Assembly: GCA_963766075.1 (NCBI GenBank)
Contig: CAVYAN010000002.1
Location: forward strand, 1 to 26,344
Origin: an uncultured cyanobacterium
Lineage (GTDB): Bacteria; Cyanobacteriota; Cyanobacteriia; Leptolyngbyales; Leptolyngbyaceae
Direction: 5' to 3'
Length of the DNA: 26,344 nt
This document shows, piece after piece, positions 9,356-16,675 of the stretch (within the stretch, counting starts at the first letter, position 1; each line of letters opens with the position of its first letter). Under the pieces are notes generated by a model. It did no database searches. It saw only the letters and a list, made by a program, of their open reading frames with translations, and had not been told where the DNA came from. Both the position numbers and the translations under genes were made by a program.

Positions 9356-9590
9356 TTTGACTAGTGCCGCGCGCGGCTGTGCGAAAGATTTTTTTAATTC
9401 AGCTCTATCACTGCATCCATCCGGAACCGATGCCCAAGACAGCGACTCTATAATCTATAGACTATTTGCCCGTGATCTGTTGTAAAGGCATCCACTTTTC
9501 CCGATACAACCCACTTTTCCCGATATAAATCGTCTGCACAAAAATTGTCTGCACAAAAATCTGCTGCCCCACGTTCATGATGATGGGTTT

Positions 9591-10781
9591 ATGAAACTGT
9601 TTTCCTCTGGTTTAGGTCGGCGATCGCGGGTATTGCTGGCGTTTTTGGCGGGCTTACTGGCGGTCCTCTGGTTAAACGCACCGGTTCAGGCCCAACTGTC
9701 CCCTAGCCCACTGCGGCCCGAAATTCGGGGGGTGTGGATGACCAGCGTTGATAGCGATGTGCTCATGGATCAGGGCAAGGTGCAAACCGCCGTGAGCCAA
9801 TTGGCACAGTTGAATTTCAATACGGTGTATCCCGTCATTTGGAATGCGGGGTATGTGCTGTACCCTAGCGCGATCGCCCAGTCGGCGGGGATTCAGCCCT
9901 TTGTCCGCACGGGCAACCAGGGCCATGATATCCTCGCCGACCTGATTGTCCAGAGCCATCGCCGGGGCCTGCTGGTGATTCCCTGGTTTGAATTTGGCTT
10001 CATGGCTCCGGTGACGTCGGAACTGGCGCTGAACCATCCCGACTGGATGACGGAACGACGGGATGGTACGCAATCCTGGGTGGGGGCACCGGGCGAGGTG
10101 CTGTGGCTGAATCCGTTCCATCCCGAGGTGCAGGACTTGATTACCCAATTAGTGGTGGAGGCTGTCACCCAGTACGATGCCGATGGTATCCAGTTTGATG
10201 ACAATATGGGCTTGCCCAATGAGTTTGGCTACGATGCCTATACGGTGGACCTGTATCGGCAAGAGCATGGGGGCAAGTCTCCACCTGCGAATCCCCAGGA
10301 TCCGGGCTGGGTTAAATGGCGGGCGGATAAGCTGACGGCGTTTATGGTGCGGTTGCACCGGGCGGTCAAAGCCCGCAAACCCACAGCGATTTTTTCCGTG
10401 GCTCCGAATCCCTACGATTTTGCCTACAAGGTCCATTTGCAGGATTGGCTGGGCTGGGTGCAGCGGGGAATTGTGGATGAGTTGATTGTGCAGGTGTATC
10501 GCCAAGATTTGCCGCGCTTTGTGGAGCAAATTAGCCGTCCAGAGATTCAAGCGGTTCAGAAAAAAATCCCGACGGGGGTGGGGATTCTGACGGGTTTGCG
10601 GCAGAGTCCGGTGCCGATCGCCACCGTTGCGGCGCAGGTTCAGGCTGCCCGCGATCGCAACCTGGGGGTGTCGTTCTTCTTTTTCGAGAGTCTGTGGAAT
10701 TCGGGGGCAGAATCGGTGGGCGATCGGCAATCCCAGTTCAAGGCGCTATTCCCAACTCCCCAGCCTCGGAGAGCACTGTAG
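9591..10781 (+). CDS. Secreted glycoside hydrolase-like family 10 (GHL10/DUF187) protein
   Basis: Signal peptide; EIRGVW, NFNTVYP, IPWFEFG, WLNPFHPEVQ, YDADGIQFDD, QDWLGW, QVY. Confidence 0.9.
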   Translation: MKLFSSGLGRRSRVLLAFLAGLLAVLWLNAPVQAQLSPSPLRPEIRGVWMTSVDSDVLMDQGKVQTAVSQLAQLNFNTVYPVIWNAGYVLYPSAIAQSAGIQPFVRTGNQGHDILADLIVQSHRRGLLVIPWFEFGFMAPVTSELALNHPDWMTERRDGTQSWVGAPGEVLWLNPFHPEVQDLITQLVVEAVTQYDADGIQFDDNMGLPNEFGYDAYTVDLYRQEHGGKSPPANPQDPGWVKWRADKLTAFMVRLHRAVKARKPTAIFSVAPNPYDFAYKVHLQDWLGWVQRGIVDELIVQVYRQDLPRFVEQISRPEIQAVQKKIPTGVGILTGLRQSPVPIATVAAQVQAARDRNLGVSFFFFESLWNSGAESVGDRQSQFKALFPTPQPRRAL

Positions 10782-10809
10782 CTTGATGATCCTCAGGGCG
10801 GCTGATTTC

Positions 10810-11123
10810 CTATTCCGTGCGTATGCCCCGAGAGGCAACGCGAATGATCACCGGGGTAGATTTGATGGCAATGGCTTTGCTCCATTCACTGGCCCCAATC
10901 ACGTTGACTTGATGCAGCAGGTTGACCATGGCCCGGACGGCGGGGCGGGAGCCAGTGAGGGTGATGTTGACCCATTCGTTGCCGAGGGTGGTGAGGTCGG
11001 TGATGAAGTCGCGATCTCGGGTGCGCCGCGATCTCCTTCGACAGCGCGCGTTCTGGATCGCGTGAGGCCGGATCGTTAGACGGACGGGCAATCGCCTCTA
11101 TCACTCGGCGGTTGAGTGGTCAT
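10810..11123 (-). pseudogene. Small hypothetical gene, apparently frameshifted at the 5' end (or sequence error)
   Basis: AAGGAG RBS (11136-11131) and ATG at 11123 give MTTQPPSDRGDCPSV-stop. The protein-like part WVNITLTGSRPAVRAMVNLLHQVNVIGASEWS lies in another frame (ORF 10810..11091) and resembles a small cyanobacterial family I recall (..L.GS..AV...I..LH.......EWS). Confidence 0.5.
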
Positions 11124-11154
11124 GATGGGTCTCCTTGTGTTTTTTGTGGGGGAG

Positions 11155-11352
11155 GGAAACCCAAAAACCAAAGCCACCCCGATGCGTTGCAGAGCAGGGT
11201 GGCTTGTAAAATGTGACAAGCCGCCATGCTGGCCGAATCAGCTTGGGGGTTAGCGATCGCAGAGTGTTTGCCGCACTTGGCGATCGCGTTTTATGGCAGA
11301 GGCTTTTGGGCGTCTGGGTGAGCGCAGTTAAACCTAGGCGCACTCACCTTAA
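11155..11352 (-). ncRNA. Candidate structured leader RNA / attenuator (about 200 nt, five stems)
   Basis: Stems 11348-11339/11326-11317; HIP1/HIP1 11287-11280/11260-11253; 11242-11228; antiterminator 11225-11216/11207-11198, overlapping terminator 11205-11195/11181-11171 plus a U-rich tail. Confidence 0.55.
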
Positions 11353-11358
11353 CGCAAG

Positions 11359-11387
11359 AGAATACCGAATCGCGCCGCACTTTGCAA
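11359..11387 (-). promoter_or_regulatory. Sigma70-type promoter for the structured leader
   Basis: TTGCAA (11387-11382), 17 nt, TATTCT (11364-11359). Confidence 0.55.
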
Positions 11388-11457
11388 GCCCTATTTTGAG
11401 CAAATTTGGGGTGGACAGGCATTTCTGCGGGGTTGCTATCCCCCAATGGCTTGAGAT

Positions 11458-11529
11458 CAAGTTTCGAGAACCCGTAATCAATATTCGAGAACTCATATTC
11501 AATATTCGAGAACTCATATTACTCATATT
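11458..11529. repeat. Three 21-bp tandem repeats plus a 9-bp partial
   Basis: caagtttcgagaacccgtaat / caatattcgagaactcatatt / caatattcgagaactcatatt / actcatatt. Confidence 0.85.
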
Positions 11530-11655
11530 AATTGTGCCAAGTGCCAACAGAATGGCAGTTTTCAAGTGTGCATCGGTTGATTACCAAAGGAATTTATCCG
11601 CCAAATTGGGGTGAATGCCCAGTTGAGTTTGGGCTGGATGGGCGATGGGAGTGAT

Positions 11656-11685
11656 GGTGCGTTTGCTTGTCGCAACGCACCCTAC
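11656..11685 (-). repeat. GTAG-family REP element
   Basis: Minus strand GTAG-GGTGCGTT-GCGACAAGCA-AACGCACC: GTAG tetranucleotide followed by a perfect 8-bp stem. Confidence 0.7.
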
Positions 11686-11841
11686 AAGATCCGCGATCGC
11701 ACTTCTTCCTTCCTTGATCTTCGCAGCTTCTTCCCTCCCGTCTCGCCTAGCCATTCCCCGAGTACTCGGCAGTCAGGGCGAGTAAGTTGAACAATTCTTT
11801 CAAGTTAAAATAGAGGGGCACAGTAAAACGAGGTCGAGGCA

Positions 11842-11979
11842 ATGACAGTTCGACAACCCCGCTACAGCAAGGAAGAGTTTGCTCGACGTGGCGATGAGAT
11901 TTATGAATCTCAGGTTCACTCCCAAGTCGAGGAAGGCAATCATGGCAAGATTGTGGCGATCCACTTGAGACACCTCTAG
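11842..11979 (+). pseudogene. Truncated small cyanobacterial protein (RYSKEEFARRGDEIYE family, often next to clan AA aspartic protease genes)
   Basis: GAGG RBS and MTVRQPRYSKEEFARRGDEIYESQVHSQVEEGNHGKIVAI, then it loses the expected ..DIETG..EV.. continuation and stops at 45 aa. Confidence 0.65.
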
Positions 11980-12029
11980 GCTTTGTGTTGGATAATTAGT
12001 AAAAGAGAGTGTAGGCAAGAGGTCTCGGT

Positions 12030-12360
12030 GTGAAGATCCCTGAAGATATAATTATTCCGGACGCTAAAATTACGCACTATTTATTGGTACAGAAAGCCCG
12101 AAATGATAAATCGAAGTTTTTAGCTCAGGCTGGATTTACGCAGGAAACCTCAGAAGCCCTGAAAGTAGCCATCCAGAAACAGGCTTTAGCCGGGGAGGCC
12201 GTTGAAGACAGAAGCAATGAATATGGAACTTTTTACCAAGTCGAAGGCGATCTAGTCGGTACCAATGGCGTGAATTTATCAGTGGTTACAGTCTGGTTAC
12301 AAAGACGGATCGATGGCAAATTTCAGTTTGTGCACCCTCAAACCTCGTAAGGAGTTCTAA
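12030..12360 (+). CDS. DUF6883-like protein (putative toxin of a DUF6883/DUF4926 pair), probably with a +1 indel near the 3' end
   Basis: I..AKI..YLL......DKSKFL.QAGFT, EYGTFYQV.G.L.G.NG..L.VVTVW. As given it stops at 12350; deleting one G in GTGCACC gives the family-like end FVTLKPRKEF-stop at 12360. Confidence 0.65.
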
Positions 12361-12361
12361 C

Positions 12362-12610
12362 ATGACGATGGAGTTATATCAAGAGGTTTCATTAACTCGC
12401 GACTTACCAGAATATGGGCTGAGAGCTGGAGATATAGCAATATTGGTGGATTTCGTCCCCCATCCGAGCGATGGCGAAGCGGGCTGTGTGCTGGAAGTTT
12501 TTAATGCGATCGGTGAATCTTTCGCAGTCATCGCTGTCCCCATCTCTGTAGTAGAAGTTTTGCGTCCGGATGAAATTTTAACGGTTCGCCCTTTAGCAAA
12601 AGCAAGTTGA
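12362..12610 (+). CDS. DUF4926 domain protein (putative immunity/antitoxin partner)
   Basis: LYQEVSLTRDLPEYGLRAGDIAILVD...G..LEVFNAIGES.AV; AAGGAG RBS. Confidence 0.8.
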   Translation: MTMELYQEVSLTRDLPEYGLRAGDIAILVDFVPHPSDGEAGCVLEVFNAIGESFAVIAVPISVVEVLRPDEILTVRPLAKAS

Positions 12611-12630
12611 TGTTTATAATGGCTGCCACG

Positions 12631-12716
12631 GTCTAACAAATCGTTGCAACGGCGGAATTGAGATGGTTGGTTGAGATGCCAAAGTCACTCGCCGCCGTTG
12701 AACTCAATCGTTAGAC
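12631..12716 (+). mobile_element. Integron attC recombination site (86 bp)
   Basis: R'' GTCTAAC (12631-12637), 5-nt spacer, L'' GTTGCAAC (12643-12650), GGCGG/CCGCC extension, L' GTTGAAC (12697-12703), 6-nt spacer, R' GTTAGAC (12710-12716). L''/L' pair with one extrahelical base. Confidence 0.8.
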
Positions 12717-12757
12717 AGACAATACCCAATGCCAAAACCTTGATTAGAGGATTCAAC

Positions 12758-13126
12758 ATGGCTTTATCTGACGATGAGGAATTCTACTTGCGTAGAGTTA
12801 TGCATGAAAATGATTTGATGAATCATCGAATCACATGGTTCATAACCTTACAAGGACTACTTTTCGCAGCACTTGGTTTTTCATGGGGCAAGACAGATGC
12901 CAAGAATCTGATTATCATATTAGGCATCCTTGGAATACTCACGTCTGCTTCTTCTGCACTTGTGTTGTGGGGAGGTGCAAATGCAATAGAAGAGTTATTG
13001 AACAACCCAACTATAACGAAAGCTGTAGGGCGTAAATCCAAATGGAACGAAAAATATTTTTATCCTTGGTACTCGTTTCCACTACTATTTGCCATCGCAT
13101 GGGCAATAATATTATTTACAAAATAA
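12758..13126 (+). CDS. AT-rich three-TM small membrane protein (resembles RipA-family octameric membrane proteins); gene-cassette-like
   Basis: AGAGGA RBS and ATG 41 nt after attC R'; HENDLMNHRITWFITLQGLLFAA motif followed by hydrophobic helices; 122 aa. Confidence 0.7.
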   Translation: MALSDDEEFYLRRVMHENDLMNHRITWFITLQGLLFAALGFSWGKTDAKNLIIILGILGILTSASSALVLWGGANAIEELLNNPTITKAVGRKSKWNEKYFYPWYSFPLLFAIAWAIILFTK

Positions 13127-13130
13127 GCAA

Positions 13131-13149
13131 GTAGGGTGGCACCGCCCAC
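13131..13149 (+). repeat. Degenerate GTAG-family REP element
   Basis: GTAGGGTGGCACCGCCCAC: GTAG followed by a GTGG/CCAC stem. Confidence 0.5.
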
Positions 13150-13159
13150 AAAAAATCTC

Positions 13160-13505
13160 AAGCCTTTGAAACAGTCTTGTGAGGAAAAGAATCCTTTACT
13201 GCATCAAACATTGAAAGCGGCTCAAGCCCAGAAGCAACATGCAGCATGACAAAAATTCGATTTCAAGCCGATGCCGATCTTAGGCAAGCCATGGTGACTG
13301 GCACAATCCGCAGAAAGCCCAATCTGGATTTTCGCTCAGCCAATGCAGCAGAGCTTGAGGGGATCAAAGATCCAGAAGTTCCAGCAATTGCCGCACGGGA
13401 CGGCAGGCTACTACGCATGATCGCAAAACCATGCCTACTGAGTTCGGTCAATTCCTTCCTTCGCAAACCCGTTCCAGCGTTCTAATTTGGGAAACGCAGT
13501 GGTAA
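13160..13505 (+). pseudogene. Remnant DUF433-like antitoxin tail plus frameshifted, truncated DUF5615 PIN-like toxin
   Basis: ...KNPLLHQTLKAAQAQKQHAA-stop overlaps ATG (ATGA 13246-13249). MTKIRFQADADL...DPEV.AIAARDGR then shifts frame to THDRKTMPTEFGQF...VLI and stops at 13505. Confidence 0.7.
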
Positions 13506-13721
13506 GCCCTGTGTCCGTGGCTGGCGAATGAGGGTTTATGAAGTGCTTGAACACCTAGCTTCCGCGATCGCCGAAGCAGAACTTCTCGACGAGCGGGGGG
13601 CTTTGTTACTGTGAAACTCCCTTCAGAGGACGGCATGGGGTAAATTTGCAGGGTTGCTGTCGATCCAGACTTGCCAGGTTGCGGCATGGGCAGCGCCCTG
13701 ACAGAATGAACTCTGGACTGG

Positions 13722-14717
13722 ATGAAAGAGGCTGGAATGTCTATTGCTATGGTTGAAACCGGAGATGATCCTGGGCATGTCCTTCACAATTCTGAGATTT
13801 TGCCTGAGACTTCACCTGAGATTTTGTCGCCCGCGATCGCCTATTTACTGGTATCCCACGGCAGTCGGGATCCACGTCCCCAAGCGGCGGCGGCTCAACT
13901 GGCAGCGCGTTTGGGCGAACTGCTGCAACCCGCAGCCAGGATGAACTTCCCAGATGAGATCCCGATTCGTTTCCGGGAGAGGTTTGCTGTGCCGGATGGG
14001 GATTCACCGCCGACAGTACTGCCAATCGCAGAGGCCCGCCGGGTCGGAACCGCTCAGTTAGAGTGTGCCGCCTTGCCCCTGCATCAGCAGATCGTGGAAT
14101 TTAGTCAATCGCAATTTGAACCATCCCAATGGACGGATCCATCCCAACGGGCGCACCTTCGTGGGGAAGCCCCTCCCCAGCGTCTAGTCGTGTTACCGTT
14201 GTTTTTGCTACCTGGAGTGCATGTCATGGAAGATTTGCCCGCCGAAATCGCCTTGGCCCAGCAGGCATTGGGTTCAGCCGTAGAAATTGCAGTCTGTCCC
14301 TATCTGGGCACCCAGCCCGGACTCCGGCGACTAGTGCGGGAGCAGATGGCGACACTGCCCATGGCCGCTTGGATTTTGCTCGCCCATGGCAGTCGCAGGG
14401 CCCAGGGCAATCAACCGATCGCAGCCATTGCCGAGGATTTGGGCGCTGTACCGGCCTATTGGTCAGTGTCCCCCTCTCTGGAAGACCGTTTGCCAGAGCT
14501 GATACAACTGGGCTGTCAGAAAATTGGTATTCTACCTTACTTCCTGTTTAGCGGCGGCATTACGGACGCGATCGCCCAGTCTGTGGAGGCGATCGCCCAG
14601 CGGTTTCCCGACCTCACCTTGCATCAGGCCAGCCCCCTCGATGGCAGTCCGGCCCTAGTCGATGTTTTGCTAGACATGGTTAAAGACGAGGTTAAAGACG
14701 GGGTTAAGCCGACCTAG
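13722..14717 (+). CDS. Sirohydrochlorin chelatase (CbiX/SirB family, two domains; start uncertain)
   Basis: LLVSHGSRDPR, LPLFLLPGVHVMEDLP, LLAHGSRR, LPYFLFSGG; adjacent to cobA. Confidence 0.88.
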   Translation: MKEAGMSIAMVETGDDPGHVLHNSEILPETSPEILSPAIAYLLVSHGSRDPRPQAAAAQLAARLGELLQPAARMNFPDEIPIRFRERFAVPDGDSPPTVLPIAEARRVGTAQLECAALPLHQQIVEFSQSQFEPSQWTDPSQRAHLRGEAPPQRLVVLPLFLLPGVHVMEDLPAEIALAQQALGSAVEIAVCPYLGTQPGLRRLVREQMATLPMAAWILLAHGSRRAQGNQPIAAIAEDLGAVPAYWSVSPSLEDRLPELIQLGCQKIGILPYFLFSGGITDAIAQSVEAIAQRFPDLTLHQASPLDGSPALVDVLLDMVKDEVKDGVKPT

Positions 14718-14836
14718 GGAAGGGCGCGATCGTCGGCGGATGCCTCCACTGTCGCCGGGAGGTGTCGCCGGGAAGTGCTAGAAGTCCTATGCTAGACAGT
14801 TCTATTTGAGATATTTCTACTCTGGGCATTGTTTCT

Positions 14837-15610
14837 ATGGATCATGTAGGCAAAGTTTACCTCGTAGGAGCCGGACCTGGAGATCCGGGATTGCTCACCT
14901 TGAAGGGCAAAACGCTGCTGGAATGCGCGGATGTTGTGGTCTATGACGCCCTCGTTAGTCCACTGATTTTGCAGATGATCAACCCGAAGGCCGAGCAAAT
15001 TAATGCGGGCAAACGGCGGGGAATGCACTCGATTGTCCAAGAAGATACTACTCAGTTGCTGATCGAAAAAGCCCGCAGCGCCGCCGTCGTTGTGCGCCTG
15101 AAGGGAGGCGATCCCTTTGTATTTGGCCGGGGGGGCGAAGAAATGGCGGATTTGGTGCGGGCGGGCGTGGCTGTGGAGGTGGTCCCTGGGGTCACGTCGG
15201 GAATTGCCGCTCCTGCCTACGCCGGCATTCCCCTAACCCATCGGGAATATAGCTCGTCGGTCACCTTTGTCACGGGCCACGAGGAGGCCGGGAAATATCG
15301 ACCTGCGGTGAATTGGGGGGCGATCGCCCAAGGCTCGGAAACCATCGTGATTTACATGGGCATGCACAATTTGCCGATCATCATTGGCCATTTGCAAGCG
15401 GCAGGGTTATCCGATGCCACTCCCATTGCCCTGGTGCGCTGGGGTACCCGCCCCGAGCAGGAAGAACTTCTAGGCACCCTCGGGACCATCGTGCAGCAGG
15501 TGGAAGCGACCCAGTTTGCCGCTCCGGCGATCGCCGTGATTGGGCAGGTGGTCACGTTGTCTGGACTATTGGCAGCGCCCCCAGCACCTCGGCCTGTGCC
15601 CCCCGGATAG
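14837..15610 (+). CDS. cobA: Uroporphyrinogen-III C-methyltransferase
   Basis: VYLVGAGPGDPGLLT, VVYDALV, VVRLKGGDPFVFGRGGEE, VVPGVTS, GIPLTHR. Confidence 0.95.
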   Translation: MDHVGKVYLVGAGPGDPGLLTLKGKTLLECADVVVYDALVSPLILQMINPKAEQINAGKRRGMHSIVQEDTTQLLIEKARSAAVVVRLKGGDPFVFGRGGEEMADLVRAGVAVEVVPGVTSGIAAPAYAGIPLTHREYSSSVTFVTGHEEAGKYRPAVNWGAIAQGSETIVIYMGMHNLPIIIGHLQAAGLSDATPIALVRWGTRPEQEELLGTLGTIVQQVEATQFAAPAIAVIGQVVTLSGLLAAPPAPRPVPPG

Positions 15611-15648
15611 ATTGAGTCGCCGGATAGATTTAGTCGCCGGATAGATTT
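15603..15648 (+). repeat. 17-bp tandem repeat (about 2.7 copies) containing the cobA stop codon
   Basis: ccggatagattgagtcg / ccggatagatttagtcg / ccggatagattt. Confidence 0.85.
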
Positions 15649-15682
15649 GTAGTAGGGTGAGAAGGCACTGCACGGATAGCAC

Positions 15683-16630
15683 ATGGCGGCGGCAATAGAA
15701 TTACAGGCAGAATTTTCGGGAGAGCGGCTGGATGCTTTTTTGGCAGAGCAAGTGCCGGACTTGTCGCGATCGCGGATTCAAAAGCTTATTGGTGAAGGCA
15801 ACGTGCAGGTGAATGGGGCCGTCTGTGCCTCCAAAAAAGCCATGGTGCAGGAGGGCGATACGATTCACCTGCTAATTCCGGAGGCGGCTCCGTTTCAGCT
15901 TTTGCCCGAAGCGATTCCCCTCGATATTCTCTATGAAGATGATCAATTAATTATTTTGAATAAGCCCACGGGCTTGGTGGTCCATCCGGCTCCGGGGCAT
16001 TACAGCGGCACATTGGTGAATGCCTTGCTGGCGCACTGCCGCACTGCCGATGGCGGCACCAGTTTGTCAGGAATTGGCGGGGTGCAGCGTCCGGGGATTG
16101 TGCATCGGTTGGATAAGGATACCAGTGGGGCGATCGCCATTGCCAAGACCGATCGGGCACACCAAAATTTGCAGCAGCAGTTTCAAGCCAAAACCGCCAA
16201 ACGGGATTACCTGGGCATTGTCTATGGGGCACCGGCAACGGAAAGTGGCACGGTGGATGCTCCCATTGGCCGTCACCCGGTAGATCGCAAGCGGCAGGCT
16301 ATCGTCCCGGCGGAAAAGGGGGGACGGCTTGCCGTGACCCATTGGCAGGTGCAGGAACGGTTGGGGAACTATACCCTGCTGAATTTTGCTTTGGAAACGG
16401 GGCGAACGCATCAGATTCGGGTGCATGCGATGCATATGGGGCACCCCATTGTCGGCGATCCGGAGTATGGCAGAGGGCGATCGCTGGGCGTGAATTTGCC
16501 GGGACAGGCGCTGCATGCATGGCGGTTGCGGCTGTTGCATCCTGTCAGTCAGGAATGGGTCGAAGCGATCGCCCCCGTTCCAGGGCATTTTACAACCCTC
16601 CTGGAGGTCCTGCGGCGACGCAACGGATAG
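15683..16630 (+). CDS. rluD: RluA-family 23S rRNA pseudouridine synthase with S4 domain
   Basis: RLDAFL..SRSRIQKLI (S4), NKPTGLVVHP, RPGIVHRLDKDTSG, LETGRTHQIRVH, QALHA. Confidence 0.92.
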   Translation: MAAAIELQAEFSGERLDAFLAEQVPDLSRSRIQKLIGEGNVQVNGAVCASKKAMVQEGDTIHLLIPEAAPFQLLPEAIPLDILYEDDQLIILNKPTGLVVHPAPGHYSGTLVNALLAHCRTADGGTSLSGIGGVQRPGIVHRLDKDTSGAIAIAKTDRAHQNLQQQFQAKTAKRDYLGIVYGAPATESGTVDAPIGRHPVDRKRQAIVPAEKGGRLAVTHWQVQERLGNYTLLNFALETGRTHQIRVHAMHMGHPIVGDPEYGRGRSLGVNLPGQALHAWRLRLLHPVSQEWVEAIAPVPGHFTTLLEVLRRRNG

Positions 16631-16675
16631 CGCTTTTAATCGATGCCGTTGTCTGTTTCTGTAGCCTTCTATGGC

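Noticed and set aside
11075..11081. GTTAGAC as the left end of the cassette ending at attC 12631
   Set aside because: No R''/L boxes upstream; it lies inside another ORF; the same 7-mer occurs by chance at about 18357.
11458..11529. CRISPR array
   Set aside because: Repeats are contiguous with no spacers, and no cas genes are present.
11758..11775. LexA box at palindrome CCGAGTACTCGG
   Set aside because: Has AGTAC but lacks the second GTWC half-site of the cyanobacterial LexA consensus at the right spacing.
12671..12757. TTG start for the membrane protein (151-aa ORF)
   Set aside because: It begins inside the attC site; the ATG at 12758 has a good RBS.
13480..13720. Cobalamin riboswitch upstream of the chelatase-cobA genes
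   Set aside because: Only scattered fragments (GGGAA, AGACTTGCC); no ordered core or B12 box, and the 5' part is the DUF5615 remnant.
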